64,000 bases of DNA from Rhizodiscina lignyota (taxonomy: Eukaryota), in the NCBI GenBank assembly GCA_010015805.1, contig ML978127.1, positions 1,860,001-1,924,000 on the forward strand. The letters are read 5' to 3'. Made by a program: the position numbers and the translations under genes. Each line of letters starts with the position of its first letter. The first letter of the stretch is position 1. The notes below the pieces were generated by a model. The model worked only from the letters and a program-made list of their open reading frames with translations. It made no database searches and was not told where the DNA came from. Of the stretch, positions 48,648 through 60,689 are shown piece by piece.

Positions 48648-51641
48648 ATGGCAAGAGACAACATAGAACTTGCGCGAGGCAAATACACAAAAGTCGAGTC
48701 TCCTGACGAGTCCGCATCGCCCACCCTCCGACCCTCCCTCGAAGCTTCGTACCGCCGCTCCAACGATTCCAACTTTTCCGACGAAGAGGATGTCGACGAA
48801 TTCGATCCCTTGAACTATGACGCCGGTACATTAAAGCGTACAAAAGACCGTTCATCCCGTCATCGCTCCAACATAGAACCAGAGCCAGCGTACAAGAAGA
48901 GACAAAGCTGGGCCAAACGATGGCTCGTGCCGTCGAAATTTGGCTGTTTCCTCCTATCGCTATTCTTCGCATGCGTCTTCCTGCTGTTAGGCGCCGGGGG
49001 ATTCTGGGCGTACAAGTATAAACCTCCAGGAGCAGTAGCGTCAGACAAGTGGTACCCTGCGCCGCGCGGAGGTACGGACCAGGACTGGGCAGATGCGTAT
49101 GCCAAAGCTGCGAAGATGGTGAGGCAGATGACATTGCCGGAAAAGGTCAATATCACGACTGGCACGGGATGGAGGATGGGCATGTGCGTTGGAAATACTG
49201 GACCGGTGGAGAGACTTGGCTTTCCGAGTCTCTGCCTCCAAGATGGGCCGATAGGGATTCGCTTCGCTCGAAATATTACAGCCTTTCCGGCGGGCATTAC
49301 GATCGGCGCAACATGGAATGCAGATTTAATGTTCGAGCATGGCCAGGCGCATGGAAAAGAGGCAAGACTGAAAGGGATTAATGTCCTTCTTGGTCCCACT
49401 GTTGGCCCAATTGGAAGGAGTCCAATGGGCGGCAGGAACTGGGAAGGTTTTGGAGCGGACCCGGTTCTGCAGGGCATTGCTGCTGCTCAAACAATTCGCG
49501 GTATTCAAGGAGAACATGTGATGGCAACGATCAAGCATTTCGTTGGCAATGAGCAGGAGCACTTCCGCCGACCTTGGGAGTGGCTCACTCCTTATGCGAT
49601 TTCGAGCAACATGGACGACCGCACATTGCATGAGATGTACGCGTGGCCGTTCGCTGAAGCCGTGAAAGCCGGCGTTGCGAGCGTCATGTGCAGCTACAAC
49701 CAGATCAACAACTCATACGCATGTCAGAATAGCAAGCTGATGAACAGCATCTTGAAGGATGAACTTGGCTTCCAGGGCTTCGTCCAGAGCGACTGGCTTG
49801 CGCAGCGAAGTGGTGTCCCTTCTGCTCTGGCAGGTCTGGACATGAGTATGCCTGGCGATGGCTTGAAATGGGAGGATGGTCTTAGTCTATGGGGTCCGGA
49901 GCTCACCAAGGCAGCCTTGAATGGAAGTGTGCCTATGGAGAGGCTGAACGACATGGTCGCCAGAATTGTGGCCTCATGGTACCAGGTGGGCCAGGATGAC
50001 AAGAAGAAGTTCCCTGAGGACGGACCGAACTTTTCAAGCTGGACGCAAGAAAAGGTCGGACTTTTGCGTCCGGGCAGTGACGACGTTTTGACGGGAGTGG
50101 TCAACAAGTTCGTTGACGCACAGGGCAAAGGCAAGGATGCTCATAAGATTCTGGCACGCAAAATCGCTGCGGAAGGCACTGTGCTGGTCAAGAATGAGGG
50201 CAACATTCTTCCGCTGAAGAAGTCAGGCGGCAAGCCCAAGATGGGTCCGAAGTATCGTGTTGGCATCTATGGCGAGGACGCTACGGTTAATCCGAATGGA
50301 CCGAATAACTGCCCAGACCGGGGCTGTAATCGAGGCACTCTCGGTCAAGGATGGGGCTCGGCATCTGTCGAATATCCATATCTTGTGGCGCCAGACGAAG
50401 CTCTCATGGCAGCGTTCAACAACAAGACCGTCAAGGTATCGAAATTCACGACCCAGGAAGTACCAAAGCTCCAGAAGGGAAAGTTCCTCCACAATCAGGA
50501 CCTCTGCATTGTGTTTGCAAACGCCGACTCTGGAGAAGGCTACATCCAGCCACAGGACCAGATTGCAGGAGACAGGAACGACCTTCGATTGGCAAAGAGA
50601 GGCGAAGTCCTCATCAAGCAAATTGCTTCCGAGTGCGGTGGAGATGGTTCCAGTCCTACCATCGTAGTCCTCCACACTGTGGGACCCGTTCTTGTGGATC
50701 CCTGGATTAACCTGCCGGGCGTCAAGGCCGTCCTCTTTGCTCACCTACCTGGCCAGGAGAGTGGTAATGCTATCGCAGACATCCTTTTCGGCGCCGTCAA
50801 CCCAAGTGGTCGTTTACCTTATACCATTGGGAAGAAAGAATCCGACTACGGTCCTTCCAGGAAGATCATCAAATCCTCATTTCCAGATCCGCTCTGGGGT
50901 CCACAGCAAAATTTCACGGAAGGTCTATACATCGATTACCGCTATTTCGACAAGCATAACATTCAACCCCGCTACGAGTTCGGTTACGGCTTGTCATACA
51001 CTACATTCCGCCTCTCTTCGCTCATGATCCAACCGAAGCTTCCTTTCTTCAAGCATATTACCGTCCTCCCACCGCCAGAAAATACGACAGTGACTGCTCC
51101 AGACTTCAACAAATCTATTCCAGACGCCCAGGAGGCATTATTCCCTGTCGGATTCCGAAAGCTGAAGAACTTCATCTATCCGTACATTGACAAAGTCTCC
51201 GACGTTTCTCGAACCGGCCGCAATACCTCCGTCGTCACCAATGAAACCGTCTCCAACCCAGCATCCTCTTACGGCTACCAAGGCGGCCATCCTGGTCTCT
51301 ACGAAGAATTTGTTGAAGTCTCTGCCTCCCTCACCAACACTGGCGACCGCGACGGCTCCTCCGTCGTTCAGCTTTATGTCAGCTTCCCTCAAGACTACCA
51401 CGATTCGGTGACGGGCAAGAAAGTTGACTTCCCGGTCAAAGTACTCCGCAACTTCAAGAAGATCCATGTGCCGGGCGGTAATCGGAGAGCTGAGGTGATC
51501 ATGAGCTTGACTCGGAAGGATTTGAGCTACTGGAGCCCGGAGAGGGGAAATTGGGTATTTCCGGAGAGGGGGACGTATAAGATAATGATGGGCTTTTCGA
51601 GTAGGGATATCCCGATGAAGATGACTGGCACTCTGGATTAG
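48648..51641 (+). CDS. GH3 beta-glucosidase with N-terminal cytosolic tail and TM anchor (BglE-like)
   Basis: LCLQDGP, GRNWEGFGADP, KHFVGNEQE, VMCSYN, QSDW nucleophile motif, PGQESG, YEFGYGLSYT; hydrophobic anchor FGCFLLSLFFACVFLLLGAGGFW. Confidence 0.95.
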   Translation: MARDNIELARGKYTKVESPDESASPTLRPSLEASYRRSNDSNFSDEEDVDEFDPLNYDAGTLKRTKDRSSRHRSNIEPEPAYKKRQSWAKRWLVPSKFGCFLLSLFFACVFLLLGAGGFWAYKYKPPGAVASDKWYPAPRGGTDQDWADAYAKAAKMVRQMTLPEKVNITTGTGWRMGMCVGNTGPVERLGFPSLCLQDGPIGIRFARNITAFPAGITIGATWNADLMFEHGQAHGKEARLKGINVLLGPTVGPIGRSPMGGRNWEGFGADPVLQGIAAAQTIRGIQGEHVMATIKHFVGNEQEHFRRPWEWLTPYAISSNMDDRTLHEMYAWPFAEAVKAGVASVMCSYNQINNSYACQNSKLMNSILKDELGFQGFVQSDWLAQRSGVPSALAGLDMSMPGDGLKWEDGLSLWGPELTKAALNGSVPMERLNDMVARIVASWYQVGQDDKKKFPEDGPNFSSWTQEKVGLLRPGSDDVLTGVVNKFVDAQGKGKDAHKILARKIAAEGTVLVKNEGNILPLKKSGGKPKMGPKYRVGIYGEDATVNPNGPNNCPDRGCNRGTLGQGWGSASVEYPYLVAPDEALMAAFNNKTVKVSKFTTQEVPKLQKGKFLHNQDLCIVFANADSGEGYIQPQDQIAGDRNDLRLAKRGEVLIKQIASECGGDGSSPTIVVLHTVGPVLVDPWINLPGVKAVLFAHLPGQESGNAIADILFGAVNPSGRLPYTIGKKESDYGPSRKIIKSSFPDPLWGPQQNFTEGLYIDYRYFDKHNIQPRYEFGYGLSYTTFRLSSLMIQPKLPFFKHITVLPPPENTTVTAPDFNKSIPDAQEALFPVGFRKLKNFIYPYIDKVSDVSRTGRNTSVVTNETVSNPASSYGYQGGHPGLYEEFVEVSASLTNTGDRDGSSVVQLYVSFPQDYHDSVTGKKVDFPVKVLRNFKKIHVPGGNRRAEVIMSLTRKDLSYWSPERGNWVFPERGTYKIMMGFSSRDIPMKMTGTLD

Positions 51642-52481
51642 CATGGCGCCCATGTTTTGGGAATTGGTAGGGCTAGGTCTGTGGCGTTCCGAGAAGCATG
51701 GTATCATTATGTCTGTTTTGACGGCTGTGTGAGTATATTTAATTTCGATATGTACAATTCAATTATGAATTAATAGCTTCAATTGCGTCCTCAACTCAAG
51801 AAGAAGAAGAAAGCTTCATGAAATGAAAGAGCTCGGGGCCGCAGAAAGAATAGTAACGCGCTGAACAGCATCGATATAAGATCGTAATCTTGTAGGTTGA
51901 GTGACGTTCGTCACCATGCCACAGCAATGCTATATTATGTTTCCTAGCTCACCGCGGCTACTGCTAGAGGGAGAGGAGCTGCGGGGGTGGTGGTGATGGG
52001 TGGTAGTGGAGATGGATAAAACTGAGAGACTTCCGTGGGCTCCTTATAATTGACATTACACAGCCCTGAGAGCAGATTATTTGCACCGACTTCGCAGCTA
52101 GCATGAGGTCATCGGTTCTGCGGGCGTGTTGTTTATAAATCTCTAAACGCACTTTCGTTTCTCCCCAACACCTTTGCAAAACTCTTCGGCACGGCCAACG
52201 TAAACCTCTGCACTTGCATTCCTCTCTCGCTGCCACAGTGAATCACATCCCTTCCGATACATTTAGGCAGCCACGAATATTTTCGTGCTCTGTTACCAGC
52301 CACACGAGGGACTCATTGTGCTTTTCTGTCACGTCTACTTGAGGTCAGTGCTCCGCCGCATAAATAAACACCATTCTCTCCCCCACCAAGTTTCTTCCAA
52401 AAACATCTTCCTCAGGCTTCTAGCTGATCCACCTTCAGCTATCAAACCAGCGATCAACACCAGTCCTTCTCCGCTCTCACG

Positions 52482-53468
52482 ATGCCTACTCGCTCTGATA
52501 TCGAAGCCTACATTGGCGGCGCGAAGCGTCACTCCGAAACACCAACCAGCGCGGGCAAGAAGCGCGATAACGACGAGGATCGCGAGCTCAGCCCCGAGAA
52601 GAAGATCACCAAGAAGCTCAGACCGGGAGGTCTGCCGAGCCGCACTCGAGCTCATGCTACGAACAACCAGCGCATGGAGCGCATGTCACACATCCACATT
52701 TCTGAGGAGTCCGAGGATGACTCCCTCTTCGTGCCAGAGTATCGATCGGGCCTAAAGGAACGCATCGAACAGGCAAAGGAGCGCATGGAGGAGGCGAAGC
52801 TCCGCAAGTCCCAGAGCGCCACTCCTACTACCGCTTATGGCCGTGCACACTTCGAGACTCCCGCCGAGGATAGCCCATTGGCAAGTGTTGAGGAAGCAGG
52901 CGAGATGGAGGAAGAGGTCAACACTTATGATGAGCAGGCTAAGCGTAACGCGCCAACCGCGGCTATGCTCCCTCCAGCCAGGTCTGCCGCTACGTCCATG
53001 CACTCCACGCCTGCTTCTGCTGTCGCTGCCGCCGCCGCCAAGGCTCGCTCGGGTACGTCCACGGGCGCTTCACCCTCTCTTTCGGCACTCCGCGGTCGTG
53101 AGCGTCAGTTGGCCGAGCTTGAGGCTATGCGCCAGAAGGTGCAGAAGGCGAAGGAGAAGCGCGCAGCCAAGCAGCGCGAGAACGAGGAGGAGTCGCAGGT
53201 CATCGAGGACGCGACGGTATGTCTCTCCTTAACGATACTAACCCTTCGATTATTCCTGCATAACGGCTTACTACATGGTCAGCTAGAGCTCAACGCCAGC
53301 CACCGCGCTGAAATGGAAGAGCTCCAGAAGCAACTAGAGGAAGAGAACGAGGCCTTCGACGCTGCGGAGGAGGAGTCTGCCAGGCTTCGCGCCGAGCGCG
53401 AGCGCGTGAAGGATGAGCTGGCGAGGAAGCGTGGCGAGTCTCGCGTTAAGACGGAGCCGGTTGAGTGA
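52482..53468 (+). CDS. Hypothetical coiled-coil, low-complexity protein
   Basis: Long ORF with coding-like GC3 bias and E/K/R-rich heptads; a 66-nt in-frame intron at 53217-53282 (GTATGT...CAG) explains the odd hydrophobic insert. Confidence 0.65.
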   Translation: MPTRSDIEAYIGGAKRHSETPTSAGKKRDNDEDRELSPEKKITKKLRPGGLPSRTRAHATNNQRMERMSHIHISEESEDDSLFVPEYRSGLKERIEQAKERMEEAKLRKSQSATPTTAYGRAHFETPAEDSPLASVEEAGEMEEEVNTYDEQAKRNAPTAAMLPPARSAATSMHSTPASAVAAAAAKARSGTSTGASPSLSALRGRERQLAELEAMRQKVQKAKEKRAAKQRENEEESQVIEDATVCLSLTILTLRLFLHNGLLHGQLELNASHRAEMEELQKQLEEENEAFDAAEEESARLRAERERVKDELARKRGESRVKTEPVE

Positions 53469-54808
53469 ACGACATGGGGAAGCTGTGGAAGAGGCGTGGG
53501 TCAAGATTGACATGGGGGTGATGAGGTGGTTCACAAATGGGGTGGGGGATTTTCTGCGGCGTTAAAGGCATTGGGAAAAGTGTGTTTTCAACAACGACAG
53601 GCTACGACAAACAGTAGCAGAATGGAACTTTCAACTCTACAAGTGAATGCAAAGAACATATGCTGCACGTGACTACCCTCGTGATGCTCTAAGCTCTGTG
53701 AATTGCCGCTGTTTCGTCTCGGTGGCGAATATCGAGATATTCAGCCATTGATGTCGAAGCGACGAGGAGGCGTTGCACTGTATTATATCTGTGGCCAGCC
53801 ATCAACGCAACATTTTCAGAAGCCTACTCAGTATCTGTATTTCAACCTCAGTAAAACCAAAAGATCGGCGTAAATAGGTGCTCGGCGAGATCGATATGCA
53901 TACATCTGCATGAGTATCAATTGTGCTTGAACGGCAGTCGAGAACCCAACGCCGAGGCTTCTGTATGGACACCGAAGGTCTGCGATAGATATTACCGTTA
54001 AATTAAACGCTTGAGAAAACGAATTAAATGCTTCAGCATGTGACAATCTTGGGCAGAGACTCCTTCCATGATGGAGTGGAGGAGATGAGGTTCTCCACAG
54101 ACCGGATTCGGAAAGGCGCCACGGAACTTTGGGCTTGGCAGGAGGTTGGATGGCCTGACCTGCCTGATGGCGAACTTCAACTCATCACCCATCAACGATA
54201 GCCACCATTCACCCTCAGTCTTTATACATAAAATAGATGTCAAATGCCCCCAGACTTAATTCTGCAAACTCGCAAATGATGGCACGACTGAACACTATGA
54301 GGACAACAGGTATAGCTTCGCTCCTTGTCTCGAAACGAGCGAAAATGAATCAGGTGAAGCAATTAAATATACGTCTGCTCTTACGATGAACGAGCCTTTC
54401 AATTGAACTTCAACCATATTTAAACATTCAAGATGACTCCAGACTCTCACCGCCCATTACGATTAACTCACCTGGTAGCTTAACCTTGAACGATCGCATG
54501 GCACCTCTCCCGATTATTTCACTCCCTATCACCATCTTCGCCTTCATTTAGATGACTTTGGGCTATCCTCAAACATTTCTTCACAGTCATCACAAGAGGC
54601 TATTCTTTCTCTCTACCTATAAGTAGATCAGCCTCTCCTCTACCCCACTCTACTTCCTTCAACTTCCAATCCAGCTTCGATCCCCAATTCGACCTTCAAC
54701 AATATCTTCCTTAGTCATACATACTTTGGACTTTGCAGTGCTACGTGCTTTCCTTTTCAAGACATTCTCCACGGAACCATTCTCCACACTTCAAGTCCAA
54801 CTCTCAAG

Positions 54809-56809
54809 ATGTCCACACTCACTCCCGATTCAACTACTGAAATGGTACGCAGCGATCCTCAACATGCCAGGTTGATAAAAAAGCAATGTGTAGAGGCGGA
54901 GAAGAGACGCAAGCAGGCGGAGCAAAGGCGTAAATATCAGGAAAATAAACGACGCAAAGAACAGGAACGATTAACATCACGACGGAGGGACATCTTAAGA
55001 CACGGACGCGTCAATAAAGAGGCAGCTCGGAGTCACATCGAGGCATGGAAGGAGCATGAAGCAGATGAGGAGGAAAAAGCCCGAGCGCGTGCAGCAAAGG
55101 ACAATAGGATCTACCAACAGCCTGACCCCAAGAAATACGCAAGTGAAATGCAGCTACTCCTTGACAGCCCTTCGATGTTATTGCGACAACTTGAGAATGA
55201 TTTGAAAGCGCACTCGGAGAGATGTTGGCCTTTCTTGCTGCGCGCCGTCTCCAGGGACAAAGTCCGCGGATCCTTCAACAAGGCGACGAAAGGACACACG
55301 AGCTTGGATTTATTCCAACCGTCAGCAGATAATCAGCTTGGTCAAGATTGTCACGGATCCATATTTGATATGACCGTGGGAGAGGTGCTGACCATGGTTG
55401 GCCACCACCTCTTGTGGAAAGATCGGAATCCGGACGAGTTCTTATCTTTCTCAATCTCAATGCTATTCGTCATTGAGCACGCCCTCGGTAGGTCTAGAAA
55501 AGATCAGTTCGGCTGCTTCATTATGATGATGGAGCCCAAAAAGGCCACGACTACTGCCACAAGGACATCTACAGCTGGACGACCGGCCCCATTCTACGGT
55601 GCGCTGGAGTTACTCGAAGTATACGGGGTCCGCAAATGGGAAGGTTGGGGTAACGAAGATAGGGGAGGGCTGCATCCACGCAAGTTCACCCATGAGTGGT
55701 TGTTGCATGGAAATGCGAGGTACACTCCGGACAATGAAAGTCTCCTTACTCTCGATGAATTGAAGGCGAAGGGGTTGTTTCGCATCTACCCTGAATTTGC
55801 CATACCGAGGAGATCGCATAGCACCAACCTTTATGAGAGGCTGGTCGCTCTCCGCCGGGTATTGTTCGATGGTGAAGGTCCACAGTACCTAGGCATAGAC
55901 GAGATCGAATGGGCTGCAGATGTAGCTCGCGGATTTGTCCAGGGATCAGGCGATGGCGATGTGGAAGACTCTCCGGCCAAGGCACCGCTACATGCAGTGC
56001 TTATGCTCATTGGACTTCGAAAGCGGCCCCAGGGCTCTCAGTTGCTCATAGGGTGGATTCGCGCAAACTATACAGGTACGATTCCGTTGTAGCTTTCTTG
56101 CATATGCATGCTAACAATAGTTGGAGCCTACGACCTCGAGAAGTACCTGCATCCGCACATGCATCAAATTGCCGACAATCTGCCTGAAGTTGAACAATAC
56201 CTAAACCTTGTACGAGATGCTTGCACTGCTCTCAACACCAATATGATCCCAGATACTATCCTGGACTCTGGGAGCACGATAGGCACTGCAGGAATGTTCT
56301 TGGAAGAAGACCAGAGGCTATTTAAGGAACCACGACTATATTTCAAGGACGACGTGCTTTGGGCTGAGAAGGAAGCACGCAAAAAGCGCCATAACAAGGG
56401 GCCGACGCTGAGTCTCTCACAGAAGGTTATGCACGGCATGAATGCAAATGGTCAAGCCCCGACTGATCATCAAGTTCTGGAACCGGAGGACAGAACAATG
56501 GAGCACATGGGCCTGGTGGGAGAGGTCGAAGGGGAGGACGGCATGGGCCAGGACGCTAACGATGACGCGGAAAATGAAGAGGAAGTCGACATCGAAAAAG
56601 AGCTCGCCGAGGTATTTGCTGAAATACCAACTGCTGAAGAGGATATCCTCGACTTCGCTACGGCAGATGATGGGCACTTTGAGGAGGAAGAGGAAGCGGA
56701 GATGGACGACGAAATGGACGATGTTAATTCTGACGATCAAACACCTTTGAAGCGAGGTCGTCGCTCTTCGAGTATCGAGCTGGTTGCAACGAAGAGACAA
56801 AAGTTCTGA
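54809..56809 (+). CDS. Hypothetical protein: basic coiled-coil N-terminus, central domain with R/S/E motifs, acidic tail and C-terminal basic patch
   Basis: ORFs 54809-56092 and 56108-56809 are joined by intron 56076-~56120 (GTACGA...GCTAAC...TAG) in compatible phase. Confidence 0.72.
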
Positions 56810-57363
56810 AATGAGTTTCATTTACTCCGTACATTGCTCAAGATGGCTCAAGGACCGGCAAACACGAAGCTGAGCAACTCGATTCAGACACGAAAGTCGA
56901 TGACGGTAATTTTGCAGAGCTCGAAGTTTGCCCAATGGCATGGTGGTTACCTCAATGGCATTATCTGATCCTCCCACGGTTGCTTATATAGATAGCATTC
57001 GGTTACATTCTCATGCACATTTCTTTTCCAACTTACGATTTGAATACCAGCGTCCAAAATGATATCTTATTGAGATTTGTTGGTCCACGGCGACGATTTG
57101 AATGCAAAATTACTCTCCCAAACGTCCGGGTGACTTTCAAAGAATCCACTCAATGCTGGACCTTTCGACCCTCGCATCAAGACCGCGAACAGCTTCTCCC
57201 TGAGCCTTCAGAAGTATGAAGACGGCAATTGCACCTGTACCATCATCCGTATCCAATTTGTCATGTCAACATTCCAGCTCATGATGCCAACGGTATTACC
57301 TCCGCTCGTCCTCTCACGCCCAGCAAGCCGAGAACTCTATTTTCCGCCTTAGGATAAGACACC

Positions 57364-57390
57364 ACAGTCCCACAGTCCCACAGTCCCACA
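57364..57390. repeat. 8-bp tandem repeat (ACAGTCCC)x3
   Basis: acagtcccacagtcccacagtcccaca read directly from the sequence. Confidence 0.85.
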
Positions 57391-57823
57391 GGCCAGAATA
57401 CGGGAATAAGAGGACCAATCCCACAGCCTACACCTTCGGAAGCTGCATAGAAGAACTCAAACACGATGTCGTCGCGTGGCAGCATCCGTAAACGCGTGGA
57501 GAATTGTCAATCTTCCCCGCATCCGCGTCGCCCCGCAACGCCTACGGAGCAGAGCTGTATGACGCGCCAGGGTTGGCACGGAGTCGAGAACTTCCAGAAA
57601 CGACGAGTGGAGCCGTAAGAGAGCGTGAAATACGTCAGGGCCCATGTGAAAAAGCATCCCGTTGCGACATGTCACCATCAGCTTGCCCCGCCCTGGGAGG
57701 TGGGGAGCTTATATATACGCGATGGGCAAGAAAAATCTATGGGATTTGCACGGTCTGGATATCCAGAGATTCGGGACTTTCACAATTTTAACAGATTAAG
57801 CAATTGAGAAGATATCAATCAAG

Positions 57824-59086
57824 ATGTCGGACAAAATGAAGGCAGTGCACTATGAAGGGCCGTTCAAGGTCTCCGTTAAGGAGGTAGAGTTGCCAAAGCT
57901 TGAGCATCCGGATGAGGCCATAATCAAGGTCACGACAGCTTGTAAGCGGGACATGAATGTCAATTGAGAGGCAGGGCGGTACTAATGTGCTATGAGGTAT
58001 CTGCGGCTCCGATCTGCACATGTATCAAGGTCGAACAGCAGCACAAGGCGGTCTCGTCTTCGGCCATGAGAACATGGGCATCATAACAGAAATCGGACCC
58101 GGCGTCACGCTCCTGAATAAGGGCGATCGTATCGTACTGCCATTCAACGTTGCTGATGGGCGCTGCCGCAACTGTGAAGAGGGTAAGACGGCGTTCTGCA
58201 CAGGAGTCAACCCAGGCTTCGCTGGAGGCGCGTACGGCTACGTTGCTATGGGACCGTATCAGGGAGGACAGGCGCAGTATCTCCGCGTGCCATACGCAGA
58301 CTTCAACGCCCTGAAGCTTCCGCCTGGAAAGGAGCACGAGGCGGACTTTGCTCTCCTTGCCGACATTTTCCCGACTGGCTGGCACGGCGTGCAGCTGAGC
58401 GGCTTCAAGCCAGGCGAATCCATTGCCGTCTTTGGTGCTGGCCCGGTCGGGTTGATGGCCGCGTACAGTGGTGTACTCCGAGGAGCGAGTAGAGTGTATG
58501 TTGTCGACCAGGTGAAGGAGCGATTGGACGCCGCAGAGAAGATCGGGTGCATACCTATCAACTTTACAAAGTCCGACCCCGTTCAGCAGATCATTGATCA
58601 CAATGGAGACATGGTCGACCGTGCAGTGGATGCAGTAGGATACCAGGCTGTTGATGCTTCTGGCAGCAAGGAGAAGCCGAACATTGTCTTGGACCAAATC
58701 ATCAAGGTCACTCGACCGACTGGCGGACTGGGTATTCCCGGACTTTACGTCCCGGCTGACCCAGGTGCACCGGACGCTCAATCAAAGGAAGGTCAGGTTC
58801 TGATTCCATTTGGAAAATTATTTGAGAAAGTGAGTGGCTACCTGCAAAACGACTGGATTATGATACTGATTTGCTGCAGGGTTTAACTGTTGGCACCGGC
58901 CAGTGCAACGTAAAAGCATACAATCGATACCTCCGAGACCTGATCATCTCCGGCCGAGCAAAACCGTCCTTTGTAGTCTCGCATGAGGTTGGCATGGATG
59001 AAGCCGTGGATGCTTATGACAAGTTCGACCGTCGCGTAGACGGATATACTAAGGTCTTGATTCACCCCAACGGAACTGACTGGTAG
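57824..59086 (+). CDS. Zn-dependent MDR dehydrogenase, glutathione-independent formaldehyde dehydrogenase-like
   Basis: ICGSDLHMY, GHENMG, FNVADGRCRNCEEGKTAFC, LADIFPTGWHG, GAGPVG, TGQCNVKAYNRYL; introns 57942-57996 and ~58830-58879. Confidence 0.93.
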
Positions 59087-59301
59087 GGGGAAGACTAGAA
59101 GTTTGTTAGGACTAAGAGCCTATGATTATTTTGGCGTGTGTACAGTACCTGTCAAGCCAGTTCAGTAAGCGCTGCAGCTTATACCTGCCAAGACCCGCCG
59201 ATGTATCAACCGGCTTGTCAACCGGCTTGTCCACCACCTCGGTCTCTACCTCGCTCTAGTGATTGTAGTAATAACGTGGTATTGTCTCGATCATGTTGTG
59301 T

Positions 59302-59838
59302 TCATACCTCGCCCTTGCCTTCCTCAACAACGTGGGCACTCAAGATCTTCACTTCTTCGACTGGTCTGTCGTCCTTAGTCTTCACCAGTCCCATCCTCTG
59401 AACGACTCGCAGTCCGTTCTTGACCCTTCCGAAAATCGTGTGCTTCCCATCCAGCCATGGTGTCGGCGCGAGCGTGATGAAGAATTGGCTGCCGTTCGTG
59501 TTTGCGCCCGAATTTGCCATGCTCAAGATTCCAGCACCGGTGTGCTTCAGTCCAGCGTGAATCTCGTCCTCGAACTTTTCACCATAGATAGAGCTACCGC
59601 CGCGACCTGTGCCGGTCGGGTCGCCACCTTGGATCATGAAGGAGGGGATGATGCGGTGGAAGACGGTGTTGTTGTAGTAACCACGTTCGGCCAGCTCGGC
59701 GAAGTTCTTGCAAGTCTTTGGAGCATGAGCGTTGTAGAGCTCAACGACGATGATGCCCTACGGTCATTTAGGATTAGAGCAGCGAGCTGACATTTCATGA
59801 CATACCATAGTAGTCTCTAGCGCCACATTGGTAGCCAT
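59302..59838 (-). CDS. Cyclophilin-type peptidyl-prolyl isomerase, PPIL1-like
   Basis: [87 protein letters not shown]; intron 59758-59805. Confidence 0.95.
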
Positions 59839-60689
59839 GTCGCCCCTGGAAATCCCGGAGATTCCTTGACGCGAGTGAAGTGATTGTAGTCTGCAGCTCA
59901 AAAACTCGGGTCTTGGACCTGAAATTTCAGCTCCTGAACTGAGACACGTCGATCTTTAGTATTTGAGATGAGACCTAGCCGTAAGAAGTCTAATTGAACC
60001 TCGAATTGTTAGATCGCAAGTTAGAGTTGTGATGAAGCACGGAGGAGCACGGTGAGTGAAGGAACGCGTTCAGCCCTATGGAGCCTTGATATTTGCGGTC
60101 TCGCTGATTCTAACTGCTTTTGGCCTAGCGTACGGCTGACTACTTTCATACCTCCCCAGTACTTCGACACCATTCTCCCTTATTCAGGCTTCGCCGGCCG
60201 AGAGCGCCATTCATGCTGCTCGAATTCAACCACATGCTGTTATATTGCGGTCACGGGCCTCGTGCCTGTCGAGGTTGGTACCGACGAGCTATACGAAATG
60301 TTGGCTCCACTTCTCCGCAGTTAATGGAGAGGTGTAACAGTAGCCAAGGCTCGCTTTCCAGGAGACTGCTCTCCATGCTATTCGTTTCCACTGCAGCTCG
60401 CTCAGTCTAACTGCTTTCGAAACTATCACTGTCTGGAAATGCTGATGAACCTCCTCGGATACACTTCTCTTCGCTCCAACACCCGTTCAACTTCAGCGCC
60501 TCATGGCGCGGCGAACTTAGATTTCCATCCATCAATTCAGCTTTATGCCATACTACTCTGCATAGTATAAAGGCAGGATGTCCTTTGCGATTGTCAGAGA
60601 TTTTTCACCCCTTTCCACTCTTCACCCTTGTCGATTCGTTTGTCTTAGTCACTCCGCATCCTCTCTTATTCTTATCCGAAGCCTTCAGA

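Noticed and set aside
59207..59231. 12-bp direct duplication CAACCGGCTTGT x2
   Set aside because: Simple slippage repeat in a shared 3' region; no array or spacer structure.
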